This document shows, piece after piece, positions 34,801 through 47,900 of a stretch of 64,000 bases of DNA. The notes beneath the pieces are model-generated. The model was not told where the DNA came from, searched no databases, and was given only the letters and a program-made list of their open reading frames with translations. The stretch lies in the NCBI GenBank assembly GCA_012295275.1, contig CM022675.1, forward strand, positions 3,596,001 to 3,660,000. Reading direction: 5' to 3'. A program made the translations under genes and the position numbers. The stretch is from Chrysomallon squamiferum. Taxonomy: Eukaryota > Animalia > Mollusca. Numbering within the stretch: position 1 is the first letter of the stretch; the number at the start of each line of letters is the position of its first letter.

Positions 34801-37361
34801 ATAGATAAAATCTGCAGAATACATTTAAGCTTATTATTATGTAAGAACATCAAATACCATAAGCCTCATTAGATCACAAAAATATTTGACTGGATACTTA
34901 AAAACATATGAAGCCAAATGAATATATATTTTTGATGTTATTATTATTATTATTAAACAAGCATAGAAAATATTTTAAGTGCATTTTTTATGAAAATTGT
35001 AGAATAAATATCAATACAGAGATTAAAAAAAAGATACAAAGGTGAAGTATAAAAAATATTTATAGTGGATTTTTTATGAAACCTGTAGAACAAATATTAA
35101 TACAAAGATTAAAAAGGATACACAGGTGAAAAATAAAAAAAATATTTTAAGTGGATAATTTATGAAACCTGTAGTACAAATATTAACACAAAGATTAAAA
35201 AAAAGATTCAGAGGTGATGTTATGGTATAAAAACACAACTTACCGGTATTGAAGGCTGGGCAACTCCATCAAATCTGGCGCCAGAGTCAAACGTGTTTCC
35301 TGCATACACCACTTGGGGAGGACCTTGTTGATAATGAGCCTGTGGGTAGGCAGCAGCAGCAGCCTGTACAAACAAAACAAACAGATTCACATCAAAACAA
35401 CGGTTCTAGACAATTCACTGTAGTTTAAATAAACACACACATTCTTATTAAATGGACATTTGTAATTTAACACTATCGTGACAGGAGCTGAATTCGTCTG
35501 CTGGAAATACAGCTGGTCTGATCAATACCTTTTGATGGATTATTTTGTAATTTTCTCGTTCCAGTTAGTTGTCTAAAACTGGTGTAACAAAAGCAGTGGT
35601 ACGTACTATCCGGTTTGTGGAATGGGTCCATATAAATCACTCCTTGCTGCTAAGTGGATAGAGTTTACTCTCTCAGTATCTAAGTAGTCTGTAACCAAAT
35701 GACTAATGTCATGTAACCATAATTAAATAAAATAATATCTTGCAATTTTACAATCCCTAAATATATTTCAAAACTAACAAAACATTATTATACTTAACTG
35801 AGTAATTATTATCTGGGATCTTCAGATATGTCTTGAAATACAATATTTATTACTGATTTACATAAAGTTACGAAATATAAGTAAAGTCTACTCACTGGAT
35901 GCTGTGGGTAACTACTTCCAGGTTGGTATGGGCCAGGCTGTGGCTGTGGCTGTGGGTAGGGATTATACATTGGTGGTCCTAGAACAGGAAAAAATTAGTA
36001 TTATATAATTCTTTCCAAATTTGTGTTATTTATTTAATTATAATTGAAACAAATATAATAATAACAATAACAATAAAATAATAATAATAATAAAAAGAAC
36101 AACAACAATAATAATGAATATGATAAATTCTGCAACTTCCTTATTTCTAAAGAGAAATTCTAGTTTGTAGATATAATTATTTTATTAGGTTTCTTTGATT
36201 ATGCAGATGTTTATGGTTACACAATGCATATACAATTCACATCTCGTAAGTTTTATAATTCAGTATAATCTGCCAGATGTTCTAAAATAATAGGCACTTG
36301 ACAAGTGACTTGTATTATATATTTTGGTCTGATTTGTAGATGTTTCTTTTATTTTTATCTGTTTGGTTTTGCACATCTTAACAATTATAAGATGCATCTA
36401 TTAGCATCTAAATAAAGTAGATTAATAAACATCACAATTTATATCACATAAATTTTATATCTAGGCTTCAGTACATCTACTAGATTTTCTAAAAATGATC
36501 AAACATCTTTAGACACAGATGTCAGGTAACAGACGGTTCAGCCATTAGGCTTTTAACGGCATTTTTCATACAAAAGAGACTGTTATACTATTAGCCTAAA
36601 AGACTGCTTGCTGCTAATTATTAAAAAGTAGCCATGCAAATGATAATGACAACAACATATTTCTATCCTTAATTTTTTTTTTTTACCATCATTAAAGCAT
36701 AAAATTTATGCTACACACCTAACAATATTAAATTGTATTAAAATGTATTAATAAATAAAAATTCATTGTTTTCTGACAGTAAAGTATTACCAGAGCTAAA
36801 TTAATTATTTTTATTGATGTGATAAACAAGAACAATATTTAGAGCAGTATTTATTTTTAAATGAATCCTTGAATAATTTAATCTAATTACTATTAGTCAT
36901 TACCAGCGATAATACCATCCCTGAGAGAGTATCTGTCAGTTGTATAGCTCTTTCCTACATTAAAATACTACAATTTTTTTTATTAAATAACAATTCATTT
37001 AAATCATTTTTTACAAAAATATTTTTGTAAAGATAAAAACAATGCTTTACCTGGCTGCCCGGGCATGTAAGGCTGATTTGGGGGAGGGGCTGTTGGATAC
37101 TGTGGCGGAGAAACTCCAGGTGGTGAATAAGGGGGCGGTGCTTGTGGGGGATACTGACTGGGTGGGTATGGATTCTGAATTGGCTGTTTCGGATAACCTG
37201 AAAATTTAAATAAATAAAAATAATAATAATAAATAAAATTAAAACGTTAATGAAAAGAAAATGATTACAGTGTTATAAACTGAATAAAATTACTAAAATA
37301 AATTTAATAGTGATAGACAGTCTTAAAACTAGAAATAGTAATAACGTTTATATTTAGGCCT

Positions 37362-37444
<83 letters not shown>

Positions 37445-37883
37445 TAATCATTTAATGAGCTTAAAAAATTAAAAAATAATATTTTTTTTTTTTTTATCAT
37501 GTCGATACTGTATTCTATTTTGAAAATTCTAACACATTCTACATTCTAAAGTTATCCTTTGTAAGTTTATTCAATAAAATATTTGTGATTACTGGACTGT
37601 GACGGAATTATTTCATCTTTTATTTTATTTCCAAAACAAATTAATTTATAATCATAGCTTTATTTCTCTTATAATTCTACCTGGCATACATAGTTTTAAA
37701 AGTGAAACTACAGTTTAGCTGAAAATTGTGTCTTAATCTCGCATTTTACAAATTTTAGTTTTACGGAAGTTGGGCCATCGCCATAGGGGAAAAATAAGAA
37801 GCTGTAAATCACAATCACAATGTTAAAAGAAAACCGTGGCGAATTTGTTAAGGTTGTAACAGATATATACCTGATTTAGACAT
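30159..37883 (-). CDS. DAZAP2: DAZ-associated protein 2 (proline-rich), 5 exons, 163 aa
   Basis: Exons 37883-37871, 37197-37051, 35978-35896, 35363-35244 and 30287-30159 give MSKSGYPKQP...APPPYSPP...VVYAGNTFDSGARFDGVAQPSIP/PPPPGVAPTGAQLYAMQGNTVIGTQKPASWLTGGTGGGTTFW*. This matches the DAZAP2 signature (human as I recall it: GYDAGARF...IPPPPPGCPPNAAQLAVMQGANVLVTQRKGNFFMGGSDGGYTIW). Confidence 0.93.
34380..35225. repeat. Degenerate intronic tandem repeat (~85 bp unit, clearest at 34965-35220)
   Basis: tttatgaaacctgtagaacaaatattaatacaaagattaaaaaggatacacaggtga occurs three times, with older diverged copies upstream. Confidence 0.7.
35480..35730 (+). mobile_element. SINE remnant (probably tRNA-derived, gastropod-type)
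   Basis: tttctcgttccag...actggtgtaacaaa...gtggtacgtactatcc...tccttgctgctaa followed by an A-rich tail. Related fragments occur at ~6890, ~8440, ~32430 and ~36590. The family assignment is from memory of abundant gastropod repeats and was not searched. Confidence 0.6.
37365..37440. repeat. (GA)n microsatellite in DAZAP2 intron 1
   Basis: Directly visible. Confidence 0.95.
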
Positions 37884-38701
37884 CTCTCTTGATCTGGTAC
37901 ACTAAATTATTTCAGTATTTTGTTTCGTACGACTCGGTTAGTCCGACACGAAACAGGAAGGCACATAAAATTTTATGAAAAAGTTCAGTCCCCGCAGCAC
38001 AATCAGATCACATGACATTAAGGTTAAACCAGTTGCTCAACCAGTCTGCTTATTTCATTTATCTTGTTTTTTTAATCCCGTAATTAAAATTAGATTAATT
38101 TATATAATTAACTATAGAACGAAAAACAATGTATTAATATTCTGAAGTGTAGGAATACGCTTAGTATATTTAAATACATTTTAATTTAAACAAGACAACG
38201 TTATCGCATACATTAACCTTCTATTTTCGTTTTCTTCGATCTTTCCGTCTTTGTTCCTTTCAAAATTAGCCAACTATTTGTATCGACAGTTTCGAAACAG
38301 GTTATGTTTATTTTCATCACTTGTATACAAATGAGAACTATATTATTATTATTATTATTATTATTACCCTGTGATTTACAGCTGTATATCACACTTTGTA
38401 AAGAGAGTAATATTATATGTCACAGCGAATGCTTTTATTATGTTTTGGCGCACTTAAGAAATAAATTTGTGTTCTGAACGTTTGTGCTGTTTCCTTCATT
38501 TAGCTATTTTAGTAAAATAAAATTAAAATAAGAAATATAAATAAAACAGTCAGATTAAGCGGGTAAATATCTTAATTTAAAATGATGCCTAATAAATCGA
38601 ATATATAAATTTAATAAATTAAATATCTCTCTGACGTATTTTGGAATATAAAAAATGATTGATGACTGAAATATTAAAAATAAATTAATAAATTAATTAA
38701 C

Positions 38702-38748
<47 letters not shown>

Positions 38749-38861
38749 GCAGGGGGAAAAAAATCTAGTTTCTGTCTCGTTATTTTATTTATTTATTTTC
38801 ACCTAGTTTCCTGATTGCGATATATACACCCTGCATTAGTACCTGTTACTGCTGGTCAAAA

Positions 38862-38916
<55 letters not shown>

Positions 38917-39580
38917 CGTTCATTCATTCATTCATTAATAAAGAAAGAAAGAAATAAGATTAATACACAAGTTTTAACTGTAGCAGAGAATATTTATGAT
39001 TTTAAAATTTTAATTTTCTAAAGATTCCTCTAATGAAAGGCGATATGCAGTTTCATGTCTGTTTTCCGTTCTGTTTCCGTTTAGATCAAATTATTTCCTT
39101 GGTTCCAAAAACCGCTATTTGTATTTATATGTTTTATTATATGTGTGTGTGACTGTTGGTGTTGTTGTTTACTACAACGTATTACTAATATTAACATTTA
39201 ATGGTATGTGGGTATTATGCTAATGTTTATTAGCTAATTTAATTTTTAAGTGGTTAAATTGTCAATTTCCATTTTTTTTATATCAGTTATGAGAGAGCGT
39301 TCGCTCGTTCATTTTCATTATCTCTTTCTAGATTTTAAAAAAAGTGCGTCTTCATTTACTTATTTTTTAAAACTTTAGTGAAAGTTATTAATTTTAAAAG
39401 TAGGTATAAAAAGAACATAAAATATTACTGTTTGTTTTCGTGGGCTATCTTAGGACAAAACTACTGCATTACTTTTCAGCACGGAGTAATGAATCATATG
39501 GCTTGATAAATCTCGTGCCTTGACGTCAAATTCAGATTCTATAAATAAATTTGTCAATCCCATGTGATCAGAGAACAAAG
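37884..39580. promoter_or_regulatory. Divergent promoter interval between DAZAP2 and PDCD6IP (~1.7 kb between start codons)
   Basis: Start codons face outward at 37883 (-) and 39581 (+). The interval has CpG-enriched patches, acaggaag (ETS-like, ~37953), tcacatgac (E-box, ~38007) and tgacgtca (CRE, 39521-39528). A YY1-like aagatggcg overlaps the PDCD6IP ATG. Confidence 0.6.
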
Positions 39581-41938
39581 ATGGCGTCTTTTCTAGCGGT
39601 TCCACTCAAAAAGACCTACGAAGTTGATCTTGTAAAACCATTACGAAGATTTATTCAAGACACATATTCTCAAGCAGATCCAGATGATTATAACCAGGCT
39701 TTGAATGAATTTAACAAACTTAGAAATTTGATGATAACAAAATCTGTTGACAAGCACGAATCAGCGTTGGAAGTGTTGAACAGGTATATTTTTAATAAAG
39801 ATTTCGATTAATTCGTTTGTTTCACAGTTATGTTGCTTTTTGTTGTTTTATTTCATGTGTAGTTGAAAGCTGCATTTGTTAAAACAATATCTGTTTTTAA
39901 TAATGTAAATCAAAATGAAGCCTTTGACAAAAAGCGTTATCATGTTGTAAGAAATTCTCCCGGAAGTCACATTTTGAAATGAAACTAGAACACAAAAACG
40001 CTTAAATATACAATTATTTGAACTTTTGTATCGTTTTTACGTTTTTCAAAAATTAATTTTAGCCATTTATATTTTTTCACACAAAACAGTGATACACCTG
40101 TTAGAAAATTACACCTAATTACATGATTTGAAGGTACAAAATGTAAATTAAATATCTTAATAAAATCAGAGTTATCTTAAAGTGACCAAAGTACAGTTAA
40201 TATTTTTGTACGAATTGCTACTCATAAACCAGGTTCATATATATAAATAAATGAAATTAAGTTCTTGATGATGAACAAATTTATGTTTTCTGAATATGCT
40301 GTTTGTAACAATAGCTGACCTATTTAAAATATTTAAATTTAGCCATTGATTATATGATCTAATAGAGTTTTTATTCAGATTTTGCTCAAATTACAGAAAA
40401 TTATTAAAAAGAAATTAAATAGTATTTATAATATTTATTATAAAGAATTTCAGCACATGACTTTATTTTATAATAGTAAAAGTTACAGTCTTCCATACCA
40501 TGTCATCCAATAAAATGGGAAGTTGAGACCAGTTTGATTCAGATTTTGAATAAAAATTTGTATTCAGGTTTGTTTTGGTTTCAATTGCCTAAATAAATGC
40601 AGTCTTGGAATCATTATGGAATTCTCTTTCCAAAGATTATGAAGACTGGTTCACTGGTTGCTAAGATACCAGGACCTAAATACATTCATCCAAGTCCATT
40701 GTGACCAAAATTGTAAAATTATGAAGGGTCATATTTCCAAAAGTTTTTATCAAATGAAAGAAATATCTGATATTTGGCATTTTAGACCAAACCAAACTTG
40801 TATAATTTTATCTAAATCTGAATTAGATTACAACCATTATGTTGAACCTATATGTTTTGGCTGTTTTTAAATTTGTTTTATAAAACTTCAGAACTAAATT
40901 CATTAATTAAAATGTTTTTTACAGACATACCACTGCATGAATTATAAGATTTTGTATTGTTTGACACCTAATAATTTTTTGTAGAAAACTTTTTTGAGAT
41001 AGATAAACCTTTAAAAACATATTTGGTTATTTATTCATATTGTTATTTATTTTTACACAGATACTATGATCAGCTGGTTGCCATTGAAGGAAAATTTCCT
41101 ATTACAGAAAACCAGGTAATCAAAAATATCTGTTCCTGAAAATGAGAAATTTATTGATCAATAATAATAATAATAATGACAATGATAATGGTTGTGGTTA
41201 TAATAGTAGTATCATAGTAATAATAGTGATAGCAGCAACAGTAGCAGTGGTAATAATAAAATTTAAAAAAATATAAAAATGTGGAAGAAATCTTTTCTTT
41301 CAGTTTCTGACTGAAATTAAAAAAAAAAAAAAAATAAAAATAGAAATAAAATATGACAAGATTTATCTGAGAAAATTTTGAGGTAGTTTCCGTCATTGTT
41401 GATTGATTTGGGAGTTGCTGGAGTTGAACTTTTTTTTATCTTTATTTGAGTCTTATTAAGTTATATATTTATTATTGTAATACTTAAATTAAAGAGAATG
41501 AATTTTACATGAATGCATGTTTAGGTATTTTTTTATGGTGTGTGTCTATGTATATATGTATGTACAGGTACTGGACTAATTATCTGGCATCCTGAAATAT
41601 GGAAAGACCAGATGAAGTTTTTTCAAAGTTCGTACCAGGTCTTGAGCTCAGGTTCCACCCCATTTGTGAGACAGTGTAATTAGTTTGATTGGCTGGCCTC
41701 ACTGTTGCTATAATGGGATAGTTCAATGAGCTTGGTATTAAATAATTTCATTGTTTAATTGATGACAACTCTTGAATTGGTGTAAGAACGTATTAGTCAG
41801 TGTGCATTTAATGTTTCTACATCAAATAAATACACTATTTCACTACAATACATTTGTTTGAGAAAGACCCACCCTCTTGAACTAAATAAATTGAGTAGAT
41901 TGACTACTGATCAGCTTTCTTTCTTTGGAATCAGTGTA

Positions 41939-41974
<36 letters not shown>

Positions 41975-44900
41975 TAATACAAACATACATATAATGATAT
42001 ATATATATATATAACTCATTGTATGGCAAAGTGTCAGTACTATCACTATGGCTGGACTGCAGCAAGTTGAGTATGTCACCTCCCAGCGAGGAACATGCCA
42101 GGTACTGTTTCAGGGATATCTCTTCAATATAAGGTTCTCCCGAATGGTATCTATTGGATATGTACCAATAAGACATGTACCAGAAGATGTACAATGGTAG
42201 GGGAATAATATTAGAGACTTCACTGACCACACCCACCCTCCTGCAGACACCACTGCCATCAGGTTCACCAGTACACTACAGAAACAAGCCTGTGAGGAAC
42301 TACAGCATCACTGCCTGCCATCTACAGTGATGAAATCCTGAGACATCGACTGCCAACATCAAGAGACAAAGTTAACTTGGTAGACAGAGTGGACACAAAC
42401 CCTTGATGGAGAGCACTTTCTTCTTACAGTGCTTTGCTCTAGACTATTAACTTATTTTAACTATTTAACTGTAAATTCTGTTACATGAGAACTTGTAGTG
42501 CTGTTCTCTAGACTGTATTAACTTACAAACTATTTAATGGAAATTCACTTTCTTCTTAAAGTGCTGTGCTCTAGACTATTAACTTATTTTAACTATTTAA
42601 CTGTAAATTTTGTTATGCGTACTTACAGTGCTGTACTCTAGACTGTATTAACTTATTTTAACTATTTAACTGTAAATTCTGTTATGTGAATTTATAGTGC
42701 TGTGCTCTTGCTATTAACTTATTTTAACTATTTAACTGTAAATTCTGTTATGCTTGAACTTATAGTGCTGTGTTCTAGACTGTATTAACTTATTTTAACT
42801 ATTTAACTGTAAATTCTGTTATGTGAATTTATAGTGCTGTGTTCTAGACTGTATTAACTTATTTTAACTATTTAACTGTAAATTCTGTTATGCGAACTTG
42901 TAGTGCTGTTCTCTAGACTGTATTAACTTATTTTAACTATTTAACTGTAAATTCTGTTATGTGAATTTATAGTGCTGTGCTCTTGCTATTAACTTATTTT
43001 AACTATTTAACTGTAAATTCTGTTATGCGAACTTATAGTGCTGTTCTCTAGACTGTATTAACTTATTTTAACTATTTAACTGTAAATTCTGTTATGCGAA
43101 CTTACAGTGCTGTGCTCTAGACTATTAACTTATTTTAACTTGTAGTGCTGTTCTCTAGACAATGTAAATTATTAAATTTTGTGTTATATTATGCAGACTT
43201 ATAGTTCTGTATTTTTGCTGGGCCATGCCCATTATTCACATAGGTAGTGGGCTAGAGATTATCTGGGTGTGTGACAGATGTGAGTCTGACAAATGGGGTC
43301 TGGTGGGTGTCTGACTAATGGGGAGACAACCCTCTTTCAAGCTGCTTGGAGTTCATTCACTCGCCACATTGTTTATGTGTCAAGTCGCCACAGTTGTGTA
43401 TCGTCAATTTGCTTTGTTTTTAATTTTAAAATGTTTATGCGTAATTATTTACATATTTAGATTGCCTTGGTACCAGAAAACCTGAAAATCCAGAAATCCT
43501 GAATGTCTCAGACCCCAAGGAGTCTGGATAATTGGTCCGGTACCTGGATGTATATTGTGTTTTGTGTGTATACTTATGTTTACAGTATGCTCTTGTATCA
43601 ATTTAAACTTCTTTTTTATTTAATTATTGTTATGTACCTCAAATTTATATTTTAGATTAGAATACAGTTCAAGTGGAGAGATGCTTTTGATGAAGGTTCC
43701 TTCCTGTCTGGAAAAAGAACTCTGGGTAATTTACTTTATTTTTTGTTATTGATTTGTTTTCTATTAAATTATTTTGTTTCTTTTCATGTTGTTTCAGTTT
43801 TAGTTTTCTTTAGTTTAAATTTAATTATTATGTGTATAAGTTTGTTTTATTTATTCTGTTTTGCAAAGACAATGAAATGATTTTCAGAAATTGTTAATTT
43901 CCTTTCTGTTGTATTTATTTTTTAAATTTATATTTTATTTTATTTCTATTTTTATTTTCCCCATGAGCTTGCATTTATTTTGTTTTATAAAGATTATGAG
44001 AGCAAGAATCCTAATCAGGAAAAATTCTGTTCATTTTATAAACTCATATTTCATTATATATCTTCTATGTTGATTTAAATTTATTTGTTTTTTTAATTTT
44101 AGTTTGCTAGTTTTTAATTTATTATTTTATTAAAACACTGAAAATTATTTTCATGATTATCTATTTTATATTTTTTTCATATTATTATTTTTACTCATTA
44201 TGTCTTTCTGTATATTTTGCATTGTTTAAATTTTGTTTATGTTTTCAGCCATTGCTTCAGCGAGTTACGAGAAGGTCTGCATGCTGTTCAACATCGCTGC
44301 ACTGCAGTCGCAGATAGCAACAGTGCAGAACCACGACAGCGATGAAGGTCTCAAAAATTCCGCCAAATACTTCCAGGTAAATATTTATTTAAACATTTAA
44401 ATGAATAAAAATATTTCACTGTTGAATAGTTTTTAATTACACATTCAAAGATGTACTTATTTATTAATAAAATTAAATGTTTGTTTCAGCAATCATGTGG
44501 AATATTTGGTCATCTGAAAGATATTGTCATGTCACATATACAGCAGGACCCTACCCCAGACTTAAACCCAGACACCCTGAATGCACTCTCAGCTTTGATG
44601 CTGGCTCAGGCACAAGAAGCCATCTACAAAAAATGTACTTCAGGTGTGGAGTTATTTCCCTTAGCATTACACAGTTTTTACATACTGTTTGATATATCCA
44701 CAGTTACATTACAAATCCATAGGAAAGATAAGAATTTCCATGTTGATTGTATTATTATTAGACCTAATTATTAAAAAGAAAATTGTCAGATTAAGTTTAT
44801 ATGATAAATGTTAGAAAATTAATGAGTTTACATTGTTAATCTGCTAAAGAGAATATATCTATTTATTCCTTTATTTTTTTTAATGGTTCATTTGGTTCAA

Positions 44901-47900
44901 AATGTATTGTACCTTGCCAGTACTCATCTAATTTCATCCATCCATTGTGTTTAAGTAGTGATACACAGTATCCTTTGGTCATTTTGTACTTCATGTCCTG
45001 TCCAGGTACACTTCCATCATCATCATCTGACCTATTCAGTTACATCTGTGTTGTTTGTTAACATCTGTTGAGTAGATTTGATCTGTGGTATCTCCAAGTA
45101 AGACTGACTGTTCTTTGAAATCAGGTTTTATAATGACATTTTGCTGGTGGCTGTTTTATAAGACAGTAAAAAAATAACATTAAGAAAAGTATTACTTTAG
45201 AAAGGTTGTCCAACTGTCATTATTAATGGGGTTTTTTAAATGTAGATCGTATGAAGGAATCAATGGTGGCCAAAGTTGCATTCCAGTGTTCTGAGCTGTA
45301 TGCCGATGCAATGAAGCTGATGCAGATGCATTCAATCAAAGAACTCTGGCCAAAGGTAAATTTCCACCCCAACCCTTCCCCCCCAAAAAACAACAAAAAA
45401 ACAAATCCACACAAGTATACAACGACCGAAAAAAATAAAGACTGAGAAAACATTAAACAAACTACAGAATAAGAATTAAATAAGTAAATATTTAGTCTTT
45501 GCCTTTATTAGTAGCAGTATTTTTATTTTTAATAAAATTACTTCTTAATTTCTCTAATTATTCAATCTAATAGGGTGGGGAATTATTATTTCTGAACTTT
45601 TATTTATTACAAAATAAAACATATTTTTATTTGATTTTGTTACATTACTCAGTTTAAAGTTTTCATTGTTTCTCCATGACTGTTACATCAAAGCCCATGC
45701 ATTTACTCTCCATCTGGCTTTTTCTTTCCTCACTCATTTTATTAAACTGTTGGGCTTCTGTGATCATGTTAAATCTTGTTTTTTTTACTTTTTTTTTTTT
45801 TTTTTTTTTATTTTTTTATTTTATCATTTTTTCATTTCATTTCCTTTCTTTTCTTATTTCATTTTTATTATTTTTTATTTTTTCCAGGACTGGTTGTCAA
45901 CTGTTGCTATGAAGCAGTCAGCATTCCATGCACTGGCAGAGTTCAATCAGAGTGTTCTAGCTCAACAAAACAAAAGTTATGGAGAAGAGATTTCAAGACT
46001 GCAGGTGACTTTTGTTTTCTTGTAGCAAACACTAACATTTTAATATCTAAATTGAATTTGTGAAATTAAAAAAAAAAATTTAAACAGTTATTTTACTTAT
46101 TTTCATTCCCCCCAAAATATATATTACATCATTAGATTTTTATATATATTTTATAAGCAGCAATGTAAAATATATAAATCCAAATGTTTTAACAAAAATA
46201 AACATTTTTAAAAATTATTCTTTAATATAATTATTTGTTTTCATTAAAAAATTATATATACTATATTAGTGGGTAATCAAGATCCTTGCCAACAATTTCA
46301 AATTAAGTCCATTTAGTATATAAAATACAAAAATTTGTTAATTTTTTAAAGAGTTATTCTTTAATATGGTTACTTGCTTTCATTAAAACCCCCAAAATGT
46401 TGTGTTACTGTTTTTCTTTTCTTTATATGTTGTAAGCAACATCCATACCAACATGGTTGAAATCAAGTCCATTTAGTATGTTAATTTGTTAATTTTTTTT
46501 ATTTTTTAAATATTAAGAAGTTACTTCTTCTCATTAAGAAAATTGCATTTAAAAAGAAAATATATATATATATATATATCACATTTTGTAACCTTCACCC
46601 TTGTTAACAATTTTGAATGAATCTGTTTCAGTTACTGATTTCGTGCCGTGTAAGGATAAAAGATTGACACATAATACATGTTAGCAATCAAATGACATTT
46701 AGTAATTCTTTCCATGGACAGTGGGCTTGTTTCATCCATAGTCTGCTAAGAAATAAGGACTTCTAGATGGATTGTGTCACACATATTGTACTCAAAAAAT
46801 CCTAATTTTGTGATGTTTGTTGCTCTGAGGCAAGAAACATTTGGATTTTATTTTTACTTCCCTTAATAAGCTACAGAGAATTTTTTTTCAAAAATTTGAT
46901 TAGACATAGTTAAATCTCTAAAATATTTTATGAATTTGACAGAGAATGGCCCACAAATGATTCTTTATTCTTGTTTATTTTTTGCTATTTTGTAAAATTA
47001 TTTTTATTACCCAGCATGCTTTAGAACTGATGAATACAGCTCAGTCGAGAGGTGGAGTCAACTTCAGCTTCAAAAATGAACTCTCCAAAATCCAGAGGGC
47101 GCTGCAGTCAGCTAAAAAGGACAATGACTTCATATACCACGACAAAGTGCCAGACGTCAAAACCTTGCCTCCCATTGGTCGAGCCTCCATAGCAAAACCC
47201 ACACCAGTCCCATCTAAATTTAGTAACAACTTTACAGGTAAACTACCAAGAAATCTTAGTCTTCTATGATACATATACTAAAACTTTTTAGATTTTATAA
47301 TTTATTTTTTTAAATTATTTTATTTTTATTATTATAATTATTATGTATTTAGTTTCTTTATTTAATTTGTTTTTTTTATTTTGTATGTATTTGTCACTTT
47401 ATTTAAGAAATGACTTAGTATTGTATTTGTTTGAAATTTCTTATTTTGTTTATAAATTGGGGATCCTGCAATAAAATTAGTATTATAGTATATCATTTTA
47501 CATGTAACATTGAGGTTTTTCAAGAAAGTATTAAGTATTAAATATAATATTAATATTTCCAGCTTACCGAATATTAAATAGTTTTACATTTATTGATATC
47601 ACTGATCATAAAGAAAGGTTTGGTCATGGAATATTAATATATTCGCTGCAAACATTTTTTCAGTATCTCACTAGGCACGTTTCAAAGATAGCTGCATCAA
47701 ATTTTAGAAATTTGTTTATTGATATTTTTGACTGTTTTAGCATGATACTCACTAAAGACAATTTAGAGAAGAACAGGAAGTAACATTAGTGTTGTCTGTT
47801 TAGATTTGTTTCATAAACTCGTGCCTTTGGCTGTGCATGATGCTCTGACTTCGTTTGAAAACCGGAAAGCTCAGATTGTAAACATGGAAATCGGCCGACT

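Larger units (their letters stand above)
41565..43546. mobile_element. Non-autonomous TIR element, pogo/Tigger-like, carrying a nested insertion (ALIX intron 2)
   Basis: The left end caggtactggactaattatctgg and the reverse complement of the right end caggtaccggaccaattatccag form ~23-bp imperfect TIRs. TA precedes the left end but the right flank is ga. Subterminal aaaatccagaaatcc motifs recall Tigger4/Zombi-type elements. Confidence 0.65.
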
